Shown: piece after piece, positions 8,711 to 16,528 of the stretch
How the letters are laid out: every line of letters starts with the position of its first letter
Position numbering within the stretch: the stretch's first letter is position 1
Assembly (NCBI GenBank): GCA_016195465.1
Contig: JACPZO010000065.1
Location: forward strand, 1-55,251
DNA from: Nitrospirota bacterium
GTDB lineage: Bacteria; Nitrospirota; RBG-16-64-22
Direction of reading: 5' to 3'
DNA: 55,251 nucleotides
The notes under the pieces: generated by a model
Databases searched by the model: none
What the model was told of the DNA's origin: nothing
The model's input: only the letters and a program-made list of their open reading frames with translations
Translations under genes and position numbers: made by a program

Positions 8711-9762
8711 CGCTTCGGGAGAAGACCGAACCCGTCCCGCCGGCCGGTGACGGGGGCGACGTTCCACGCTCGGACGGCCCGGACCCCCGGGTCGCGTTCC
8801 ATGAGCGCCGCTCCGGCGGCGAGCTGGAGGCCGCCCATCAACTCGAACGCCTCGCCAAGGAGCGGGCGGACGCCGAAGGCCCGGTCGGGGGAAGGGACGA
8901 TCGGGGATTCGTCATCCGTCCACTCCCGGTTGAGCGAGCCGGAGGGAAGGACGAAATCCGAGAAGGGGGAAGGGGGAGGGGAGAAGGGAGAAGGGGGGAT
9001 CGGGTTTCTTCCGGGATCCGCAGGGGCGTTTCCTGCACGAGGGAGCGCCTCGATGCGCGCCAGAACCGTTTTTGCGTTCTCCGATCTTTCCAGGACGGCC
9101 ACGACGCCTCCCTCGCAGAGGGGGGATTCGCCGCCCCGTCCGTCCGCCAAATGGAGACGTCCGGCGACGCGGGGACCGCAGGTCCCGTACCCTTCACGCA
9201 GGATCGGGTGGTCCTCTTCGACGGTCCCGACGAGAGCGATGTCGATCTCTCCGGCGGCGAGGGCGGCCGCGGCCCTGCGGAGGAGGTCGTGGAACCGCGT
9301 TCCGTCGCCGACAACGGTGATCGCCGGGCCCGTGATCCCGAGCGCGATCGAGATGTGCGAGGCGGCGACGTTGAAGAGAGATTCGGAGAACGTCGCGGGA
9401 CTGACGGACGCCGGGCCCTGCGTGACGAGGGATTGGTGAAACGACTCGGAGAAGGCGATCGCGCCGTGGCAGGTCGCCATGGAGACCCCCGCGAGGGACG
9501 GCTCGGGGACGGGAAGGCGGTCGGCCCGGCGGAGGGCCTCGTGGGCCGCGACGACGCCGAAGAGGGACGGCCGGGAAAGGCGGCGGAGGTCCTTCGAAAC
9601 GTGGACGGATGGGTCGAAGTCGGGGACGGCGCCGTTTCGGCGGAACGGCTGTCCCGATCTGAACGCCTCCCGGCGCTCGAGGAGGCCCGCAAGAAGCGCG
9701 TCCGCGCCGACGCCGAACGGCGAGACGACGCCGATTCCGGAGAGGACGATGTCTTTCAGCAT
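8707..9762 (-). CDS. KS-like / chain-length-factor-like protein (no catalytic Cys)
   Basis: MLKDIVLSGIGVVSPFG shows a KS N-terminal fold. The active-site position reads VVGDGTRF. It contains a PPSPFSPPPSPFS tract encoded by a 39-nt homopurine run. Confidence 0.65.
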   Translation of the reverse strand: MLKDIVLSGIGVVSPFGVGADALLAGLLERREAFRSGQPFRRNGAVPDFDPSVHVSKDLRRLSRPSLFGVVAAHEALRRADRLPVPEPSLAGVSMATCHGAIAFSESFHQSLVTQGPASVSPATFSESLFNVAASHISIALGITGPAITVVGDGTRFHDLLRRAAAALAAGEIDIALVGTVEEDHPILREGYGTCGPRVAGRLHLADGRGGESPLCEGGVVAVLERSENAKTVLARIEALPRAGNAPADPGRNPIPPSPFSPPPSPFSDFVLPSGSLNREWTDDESPIVPSPDRAFGVRPLLGEAFELMGGLQLAAGAALMERDPGVRAVRAWNVAPVTGRRDGFGLLPKR

Positions 9763-10961
9763 TGCGTCAGGACGAGGCAGGCGTTGTTTCCGCCGAAGCC
9801 GAACGAGTTCGTGAGAACGGCGCGGACGGGAACGCGCCGGGCGCGGTCCGGGACGACGTCGATGGGACAGGAGGGATCGGCCGTCGTGAAGTTCGCCGTC
9901 GGATGGACCATCCCGTCGCGGATCGCGAGGGCGGACACGATCGCCTCGACGGCGCCCGCCGCGCCCAGGAGGTGGCCGATCATCGACTTCGTCGACGAGA
10001 CGGGGACCCGTGCAAGCCGCGGTCCGAAGACGGCGTTCAGGGCGGCGACCTCCGCGCGGTCATTGACGGGGGTCCCCGTTCCGTGGGCGTTGACGTAATC
10101 GATGTCGTCGGGGCCGACGCCCGCGTCGCCGAGCGCGATGCGGATGGCGGCGGCGGCGCCTTCGCCGGACGGAGCGGTCCGCGTCGTGTGGTAGGCGTCC
10201 GACGTCGTCCCGAAGCCGCGGACGCAGGCGATGGCCTTCGCCCCCCGGGCGGCGGCCCGTCCGGCTTCCTCCAGGACCAGGACGCCGACGCCTTCGCCCA
10301 GGACCAGGCCGCGCCTGTTCAAGTCGAACGGCCGGCAGGTCTCGGGATCGAGGAGTTGGAGGGAATCGAACCCCGCGAACGTGAACCTGCACATCGTGTC
10401 GTACCCGCCGGCGATGGCGAGGTCGATCTCCCCGCTCCTGATCCGGCGGAACGCGAGGCCAATGGCCGTCGCCCCCGAGGCGCAGGCGGTGGAGACGGTC
10501 TCGGGCATCGTCGGGACCTGCCAGCGGGCGGCGAGGTTCTCGCCCTGGGAGAACGCGAGGTAATCCGCGAGGGCCCCCGGAGCGGGCTTCGCGCCGGAGA
10601 GAAGCGTCCGGTGAAACGCCTCGCCCTGAAGCATCCCGCCGAGCGTCGTGCCGAGGACGATCCCCGCCCGGTCCGTCGCAAGCTCCCGCCCGTCGAGGCG
10701 CGCCTTGGAGACGGCTTCATCCGCCGCCGCGAAGAGCAGGTGGGAGGCGCGGTCGAGTCCCGCCGCCCGAGGACCTCGCGCCCAGCGGTTCGCGTCGAAC
10801 GGCGACGCCTCGCCGGCGATCTTCGTCCGGTACGGAGACGCGTCGAACGAGCGGACGGGCGCGAGCCCGGATGTTCCGGCGAGAAGCCCGGTCCATGTTT
10901 CTTCCGCTGAGTTCCCGAGGCAGGTGATCGTGCCCAGGCCGGTGATGACGACGCGACGCAT
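9756..10961 (-). CDS. beta-ketoacyl-ACP synthase II-like (FabF family)
   Basis: 401 aa with MRRVVITGLG, STACASGATAIG, NAHGTGTPVND, KSMIGHLLGAAG and NSFGFGGNNA. This is a full FabF signature. It is the first gene of the KS operon. Confidence 0.9.
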   Translation of the reverse strand: MRRVVITGLGTITCLGNSAEETWTGLLAGTSGLAPVRSFDASPYRTKIAGEASPFDANRWARGPRAAGLDRASHLLFAAADEAVSKARLDGRELATDRAGIVLGTTLGGMLQGEAFHRTLLSGAKPAPGALADYLAFSQGENLAARWQVPTMPETVSTACASGATAIGLAFRRIRSGEIDLAIAGGYDTMCRFTFAGFDSLQLLDPETCRPFDLNRRGLVLGEGVGVLVLEEAGRAAARGAKAIACVRGFGTTSDAYHTTRTAPSGEGAAAAIRIALGDAGVGPDDIDYVNAHGTGTPVNDRAEVAALNAVFGPRLARVPVSSTKSMIGHLLGAAGAVEAIVSALAIRDGMVHPTANFTTADPSCPIDVVPDRARRVPVRAVLTNSFGFGGNNACLVLTQC

Positions 10962-11012
10962 TGGATGCGCATGATAACAAAGGGAGCGGGGAGGAGCAAG
11001 GATGCCGCCCGG

Positions 11013-11402
11013 CTAGCGGACGATCTTGAGACCCAGATATCGCTCCATGGGGTCGAAATCCGCGTCGGAGTGCAGAAGGGAATGGCCGTTCTCGATGCAG
11101 AACGTGCCGATGACCATGTCAACCGTCCGCGGAGTGACGCCCTTCGCGCGGAGCAGCCGATCGTTCAGAGCGCTGGCGACGGCGATGTCCCTCCCCATCA
11201 TTTCCCTGAATTCGAACAAGCTCAGGAGCTTGAGCGCCTCGCGGAAATCGCGCTCATGTTTGAATCCTTGAAGGACCTCGGTCAAGACGACGTCCCCGGT
11301 GAGGATCGGTTCGCGGCCGAGAAGATCGTCCAGCCGATCGGTCTGGGGCGTGGAGCGGCCGTTGAAGTAGTCGATCCAGACGGAGGCGTCGACGACGATC
11401 AT
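11013..11402 (-). CDS. vapC: type II toxin VapC (PIN-domain ribonuclease)
   Basis: MIVVDASVWIDYF...LTEVLQG...D..IG..C...G..LLH.D.DF shows the acidic residues of a PIN domain. ATGA overlap with vapB. Confidence 0.9.
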   Translation of the reverse strand: MIVVDASVWIDYFNGRSTPQTDRLDDLLGREPILTGDVVLTEVLQGFKHERDFREALKLLSLFEFREMMGRDIAVASALNDRLLRAKGVTPRTVDMVIGTFCIENGHSLLHSDADFDPMERYLGLKIVR

Positions 11403-11593
11403 CGGTCACGCCGCATCTCGGAGAGATCTCCCTCCCATCGGAGTTTGCCCCGGGCGCGGCGGACTTGCGTCTGCTGTTTCAAGCGGACGAGGAGGCGCAA
11501 ACCCGTCTCCACCGTTTCTCTCTTGGTGGCGAGCCCGGAAAGCTTCATCGCCTGCGCCATCAGGTCGTCGTCGATGGCGATATTCGTTCTCAT
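11399..11593 (-). CDS. vapB: type II antitoxin VapB family
   Basis: 64 aa: MRTNIAIDDDLMAQAMKLSGLATKRETVETGLRLLVRL. This is the typical N-terminus of VapB antitoxins paired with PIN toxins. Confidence 0.85.
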   Translation of the reverse strand: MRTNIAIDDDLMAQAMKLSGLATKRETVETGLRLLVRLKQQTQVRRARGKLRWEGDLSEMRRDR

Positions 11594-11714
11594 CGGAGAG
11601 CCCCCCTTGCGTGTGTATCAATCATCACGAATATACACATTCGGGGATGTTCTCGTCAACAGGCTTGCCGTTTGCAGCCGATTCGGGATTTGCCGGAGTG
11701 AAGGCGAGATGCAA

Positions 11715-11860
11715 AACCTGACGGAACCTGACGGAAGTCAAAGATTATAGACCTGACCCCATGGGTGTGCCATGGGTGTGCGGCTGATGCATAAGTCAAG
11801 CCCGAGAGGAATCGCCCGAGAGGAATCGCTGGCCCCTGGCGTAGTTGCCCCTGGCGTAGT
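11715..11860. repeat. array of four different perfect tandem doublets
   Basis: AACCTGACGG x2 (11715-11734), CCATGGGTGTG x2 (11759-11780), CCCGAGAGGAATCG x2 (11801-11828) and GCCCCTGGCGTAGT x2 with a 1-nt spacer (11832-11860). Confidence 0.9.
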
Positions 11861-11980
11861 CTTGGCGCCTCAGGAATGGGAGCGTATACTGTTCGAGCAC
11901 CTTCGGGGGCGGGACGCCCTTTTTGGGGGGGACGGATGATCATGAGGTCACAAATTGGCGCCTCAAGTATAGGGGCCCGG

Positions 11981-12611
11981 ATGCCTGATTCGAGCCTTGC
12001 TCCGACGGAGCGCATCGAGCGTGCGATCATGCTCATCCGTGGCGAACGGGTGATGCTGGATGCTCATTTGGCCGAGCTCTATCAGGATGCTGAAAAAGTC
12101 CATCCATGGCTTTTTCAGCCACGACTTGCGCGAAGTGAATTCGCGCAAGTCTTTCAAATCGCTTGACTTCAAATCTTCGCGATTTGGCGGTGCATCCCTG
12201 CACCGCACGCAAGCTGCTGTTTTGCGGGAAGAGTTTGCAAACTTGAGGTCACAGATTGTGACCTCAAGTTGGGGCGGCCGGCGGTATCCTCCCTATGTTT
12301 TCACCGAGCACGGCGTGGCAATGCTGTCCAGCGTCCTGCTAAGCCCCCGCGCTGTTCAGGCCAACATCGCGATCATGCGGGCGTTCGTTCGTCTTCGAGA
12401 GACGCTGGCCATCCACAAGGAGCTGGCGGCCAAGCTGATGAGTCTGGAGCGCAAGATCGCGGGACACGACGAGAGTATCCGCACGTTGTTCGAGGCCATT
12501 CGCCAGCTCATGGCACCACCGGAGAAGGCGCGTCGCAAGATCGGCTTCCGCGTGGGGGAGAGGGGTCCGGCGTATCGGGTGCGGCGCCTGCGCCGGGGGT
12601 CATCGCGGTGA
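11981..12611 (+). pseudogene. ORF6N-domain (KilA-N-like DNA-binding) gene disrupted by a multi-hairpin element
   Basis: The N-terminal part ...ERIERAIMLIRGERVMLDAHLAELYQ is in one frame. The C-terminal part EEFANLRSQIVTSSWGGRRYPPYVFTEHGVAMLSSVLLSPRAVQANIAIMRAFVRLRE is in another frame. The roughly 27 conserved residues normally between them are replaced by the repeat at 12085-12226. Confidence 0.7.
12085..12226 (+). repeat. multi-hairpin repeat element, copy A
   Basis: About 85% identical over its first ~78 nt to 22611-22688. Hairpins lie at 12090-12118, 12123-12151 (12-bp perfect stem), 12155-12186 and 12187-12206. Confidence 0.85.
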
Positions 12612-12742
12612 TGGGGACCGGCCGGGCGGAGTTTCAGTCGGGCGGGTGAAAGTCAACGTGGGGAACAACAGAAACTCCTGCAGCCAACGCCTTTTTCGAG
12701 CCGAACGAGGGGCAATTGTGCATGGCGAACGTGGGGTTGCGA

Positions 12743-12763
12743 CCGTGACCTGATCTGTCACGG
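12743..12763. promoter_or_regulatory. inverted repeat CCGTGAC-N7-GTCACGG upstream of the methyltransferase (possible operator)
   Basis: Perfect 7-bp arms about 75 nt upstream of ATG 12839. No cognate regulator was identified. Confidence 0.2.
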
Positions 12764-12838
12764 GGGTGTGGTAAGAGCATTGATCGCAGTCCTGGTTTCG
12801 GGCAGAATTCGCGGAACCAATGCCCCGCAGGGTGTCAC

Positions 12839-15800
12839 ATGGCGCAAATAGAGAGACAACAGACGGTCCTTGGCATTCTCCAGAACCTCCGGGATCTGGA
12901 AGGGTTGAAGAAACTCTTCTGGGAGGAACTGAACTACGAGCGCCAAAACAAGCCCTTGAGCCCGCGCCAGTGGCCGGACAGCGCCAGGCAGGTTCTTGCG
13001 GAAGACCCGATCCTCTTTGCCAGCGGCGGCGAGGACGGCGCCTTTCACGTGGTTTACTGCCGCCTGTCTTCGCCCGATTCGAGACGCGGCCATCAGCGGC
13101 CTGTCGTGAGCCAGTTGCTTCGCGACCATCCTTACGCCTTGTTCGTCTTTTCCAACAAGAGCCAATCCGTATGGCATTTCCTGAACGTGAAGTATGACGA
13201 TGCCGCCGAGAAGAGGCGCCTTGTCCGCCGCATCACGGTGCGCCCCGGCGAAGGGTTGAGAACGGCGGCGGAACGGATGGCGACGCTGGATCTTCAGGCC
13301 ATCAGTCCGGACTTGTTCGGCCTCCCGCCCATGCTGATCCAAAAGCGGCACGATGAGGCCTTCGACGTTGAGAAGGTCACGAAGGACTTCTACCAGGAGA
13401 TCGCCAACTGGTACTTCTGGGCGCGCGAACATGCCGAGTTCCCCAAGGATGCTCCGGTGGATGCCGATGGAAAACCATCCTTGTCGTTGATTCGCTTGCT
13501 GACGCGGCTCATCTTCGGCTGGTTTCTGCGAGAGAAGCGAAATCCCGAGACCGGCGCGGGTCTGATCCCGGACAGCCTGTTCGATGCCCGGCGCATGAAG
13601 GATTTGTTGAAGGACGCATCACCGGAGGCTTGCACGTACTACACCGCCATTCTGCAAAACCTGTTCTTTGCCACGCTGAACACGGAGATGGATGCCGCCA
13701 AGAGCGGCACAGGCGCGCCCGGCCAGACCCCGGTCCGGCGATTCCTGGATGAAGGGGACGGCCAGCGCAGCGGCGAGCATATGGTTCACCAACTCTGGCG
13801 GCACGCCCGGCAACTGCGCGACCCTGTCGCCCTGGAAAAACTCCTGCGTGACATTCCCTTCCTGAACGGCGGGCTTTTCGAATGTCTGGACGACCGTGTG
13901 CAGAAGGGCGGTTCGCCATACACGGTGGAGGTGAGGATTGACGGTTTCGCCACCGACCCGAAGAAGCAACCCAAGCTGCCGAACTTCCTGTTCTACGGCG
14001 CCCCGCAGGCCGCCGACCTTTCCGAGGCGTACGGCGATGCCGCCCGCCGCCGCGAAACCGTGCGGCCTTTGCTGGACATCCTGAGCCGCTACAACTTCAC
14101 GCTCACCGAGAACACGCCCTTCGATCAGGAAGTCGCGCTCGACCCCGAATTGCTCGGACACGTCTTCGAAAACCTGCTGGCCGCCTACAATCCCGAAACC
14201 GGCACGGTCGCCCGCAAAGCCACCGGCTCGTTCTATACCCCGCGCGTGGTCGTGGACTGGATGGTGGATCAGGCGCTCTTGGTGTACCTGAAAACCGTTC
14301 TAACCACGGATATCCCGGATGGCACGGATAGGAAGTTGAAGCGCCTGCTCTCCTGGGAAGACGAAGGCCACGACTTCAAACCCGCCGAGGTCGAGAAGCT
14401 GATTGACGCCGTTGACGGATTGAAGGCCATTGACCCGGCCTGCGGTTCCGGCGCGTTCCCGATGGGCATGCTCCAGAAACTTGTGCATGTCCTCAGAAAG
14501 CTCGACCCGGAGAACATGGGCTGGCGGAAACGGCAGGTCAAGGCGGCCGAAGCCATCGAAAGCGGACCGGCCCGCGAGGAAGCGCTCAGGGCCATAGAAC
14601 GCGCCTTCGCGCGCGACAACGACGACTACGGCCGGAAGCTGTACCTCATCGAGAACTGCCTCTATGGCGTGGACATTCAACCCATCGCCGTGCAGATCGC
14701 CAAACTGCGCTTCTTCATCTCCCTCGTGGTTGACCAGTCCATTGACCCCAAGGAAGAGAATTACGGCATCCTGCCTCTGCCGAACCTCGAAACCAAGGTG
14801 GTGGCGGCCAATTCGTTGCTCGGCCTGCATCGCGGTCAACTCCTGCTCGGCTCAAACGAAGTCAAACGTCTGGAAACTGAATTGCAGAAGGTCCGGCACG
14901 ACTACTTCACGGCGCGAAGCTACAAGCGCAAGAAGGAACTGCGGAAAGAGGACAAGCGGCTGTGCGACGAACTGGCCAAGGCGCTGGAGTCCAGCGGCGA
15001 ATGCACGCCCTACGATGTCAAGCGGCTGGCCGGCTGGAACCCGTACGACACCAACACCCATGCGCCGTTCTTTGATCCCGGCTGGATGTTTGGCCTCGCG
15101 GTAGGGCGCGGTGTCCCGACCGCGCCGCGGACGGCTGGGGACAGCCGTCCCTACCAAGCGGGGGATGGCCCCTTCGACATCGTCATCGGCAACCCGCCCT
15201 ATGTCCGGCAGGAGGAATTGAAGAACCAGACCGTCATCGGGAGCGACGGCAAGCCGCGGCCGCTCAAGGACGCCCTCAAGGGCCAGTACGAATGTTTCAC
15301 CGGCACGTCTGACCTCTACGTCTATTTCTTCGAGCGGTCCCTGCAACTGCTGCGCACCGGCGGCGTGTTGAGCTTCATCACCAGCAATAAGTACTTCCGC
15401 GCGGGCTATGGCGAACGACTGCGAACCTATCTCGCTTATGCGACCCGGCCCAGCGTGGCGCTGGATTTCGGCGATGCCCCGGTCTTCACATCCATCGCCT
15501 ATCCGGCGATCCTCGTGACGCAGAAGACCCGTTCCGTGGAGTTGGGCAAACTGCCCAAGAAGGTTGAGGCCGGGGATTGGGAGTCCCGCGTCATGACCTG
15601 GACGCCCGGCCCGGACATCCGCGAGTTTCCGGACATCTTCGCGCGCGACGCCTTCGGGCTCGCCCAGCGCGACCTCAAACCCGACGGCTGGCGGATGGAA
15701 AGCCCGGTCAGCCTCCGCCTGATGGAACGTCTGAGAAAAGCTGGCACACCACTACGTGAAGTCGTTGGTATCCGCGTGTTTCGTGGAATCACCACTGGTT

Positions 15801-16522
15801 TGAACGATGCCTTTGTTGTGGATCGTCTTGTCCGCGACCGGCTCATCAGCGAGCATCAGTCGTCGAAAGAAGTCCTCAAGCCCTACCTGCGCGGACGGGA
15901 TGTGAAGCGGTGGCGGTGCGAACCCCAAGACTTGTGGATCATCTTCACACGGCGTGGTTGCGACATCAAGAAGTACCCGGCTATCCATGAGCACTTGAAG
16001 CAGTTCAAGGAACGACTGATGCCGGGCGTTTCTGGTGGACGTAAACCGGGCAGTTACGAGTGGTACGAAATTCAAGACGACATCGCTTACTGGCCGGAGT
16101 TTGAGAAGAGGAAGGTGATCTCGACGAAGATATCCATTCAGCCAACCTTTTCCGTGGATTCAGATGGCTTCTTTCTGGGCAATACCTCGTACTTCATCCC
16201 AGCCGGTGACAAGACTCTGTTTGTTGCAGCACTCCTAAACTCAAGAGCTTTCTCGGGCTATGCGAAACGAGTATTTGTCGAGAAGCAGGGCGGTTGGTAC
16301 GAGGTCCAGCCCCAAGGACTGGAGCAGTTTCCCATCCCACCTGCCACACCTGCCCAGGAAAGGGAGATTGAATCCCGCGTGGAATGCATCCTCGCCGCGA
16401 AGAAGGCTGATCCGGCGGCGGACGTGTCTGCGTTGGAGCGGGAGATTGACGCGCGGGTGTATCGGCTGTACGGGCTGACGCCCGAGGAGATCAGGATTGT
16501 GGAGGGCAGCGCCCAGCGTTGA
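12839..16522 (+). CDS. Eco57I/PglX-type N6-adenine DNA methyltransferase with a TaqI_C-like specificity domain
   Basis: 1227 aa. SAM motif IDPACGSGAFPMG. Catalytic DIVIGNPPYV, with NPPY at 15191-15202. C-terminal FRGITTGLNDAFVV...WYEIQD...GGWYEVQPQGLEQFPIP matches the TaqI_C-type target-recognition module. No PD-(D/E)xK nuclease motif was recognised. Confidence 0.9.
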   Translation: MAQIERQQTVLGILQNLRDLEGLKKLFWEELNYERQNKPLSPRQWPDSARQVLAEDPILFASGGEDGAFHVVYCRLSSPDSRRGHQRPVVSQLLRDHPYALFVFSNKSQSVWHFLNVKYDDAAEKRRLVRRITVRPGEGLRTAAERMATLDLQAISPDLFGLPPMLIQKRHDEAFDVEKVTKDFYQEIANWYFWAREHAEFPKDAPVDADGKPSLSLIRLLTRLIFGWFLREKRNPETGAGLIPDSLFDARRMKDLLKDASPEACTYYTAILQNLFFATLNTEMDAAKSGTGAPGQTPVRRFLDEGDGQRSGEHMVHQLWRHARQLRDPVALEKLLRDIPFLNGGLFECLDDRVQKGGSPYTVEVRIDGFATDPKKQPKLPNFLFYGAPQAADLSEAYGDAARRRETVRPLLDILSRYNFTLTENTPFDQEVALDPELLGHVFENLLAAYNPETGTVARKATGSFYTPRVVVDWMVDQALLVYLKTVLTTDIPDGTDRKLKRLLSWEDEGHDFKPAEVEKLIDAVDGLKAIDPACGSGAFPMGMLQKLVHVLRKLDPENMGWRKRQVKAAEAIESGPAREEALRAIERAFARDNDDYGRKLYLIENCLYGVDIQPIAVQIAKLRFFISLVVDQSIDPKEENYGILPLPNLETKVVAANSLLGLHRGQLLLGSNEVKRLETELQKVRHDYFTARSYKRKKELRKEDKRLCDELAKALESSGECTPYDVKRLAGWNPYDTNTHAPFFDPGWMFGLAVGRGVPTAPRTAGDSRPYQAGDGPFDIVIGNPPYVRQEELKNQTVIGSDGKPRPLKDALKGQYECFTGTSDLYVYFFERSLQLLRTGGVLSFITSNKYFRAGYGERLRTYLAYATRPSVALDFGDAPVFTSIAYPAILVTQKTRSVELGKLPKKVEAGDWESRVMTWTPGPDIREFPDIFARDAFGLAQRDLKPDGWRMESPVSLRLMERLRKAGTPLREVVGIRVFRGITTGLNDAFVVDRLVRDRLISEHQSSKEVLKPYLRGRDVKRWRCEPQDLWIIFTRRGCDIKKYPAIHEHLKQFKERLMPGVSGGRKPGSYEWYEIQDDIAYWPEFEKRKVISTKISIQPTFSVDSDGFFLGNTSYFIPAGDKTLFVAALLNSRAFSGYAKRVFVEKQGGWYEVQPQGLEQFPIPPATPAQEREIESRVECILAAKKADPAADVSALEREIDARVYRLYGLTPEEIRIVEGSAQR
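15100..15155. repeat. palindromic three-way-junction-like mini-element inside the methyltransferase CDS
   Basis: The outer stem GGTAGG (15100-15105) pairs with CCTACC (15050+100=15150-15155) and encloses two hairpins: GCGCGGT..ACCGCGC (15106-15125) and GACGGCTG ggga CAGCCGTC (15130-15149). It encodes AVGRGVPTAPRTAGDSRPYQ just upstream of NPPY. Confidence 0.75.
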
Positions 16523-16528
16523 CCAAGC

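Noticed and set aside
12088-12230. A small peptide gene (MLKKSIHGFF...) within the multi-hairpin repeat, open in both copies
   Set aside because: The differences between the copies are mostly non-synonymous, yet they preserve base pairing. The downstream sequences diverge completely. A structured nucleic-acid element explains the conservation better.
12758-13432. A 224-aa minus-strand ORF overlapping the start of the methyltransferase
   Set aside because: It is antisense to a CDS with strong motifs and has no motif of its own.
12839-16522. BREX PglX
   Set aside because: The enzyme is the same class of Eco57I-like MTase. However, no brxA/B/C, pglZ or brxL-like genes occur anywhere in the window.
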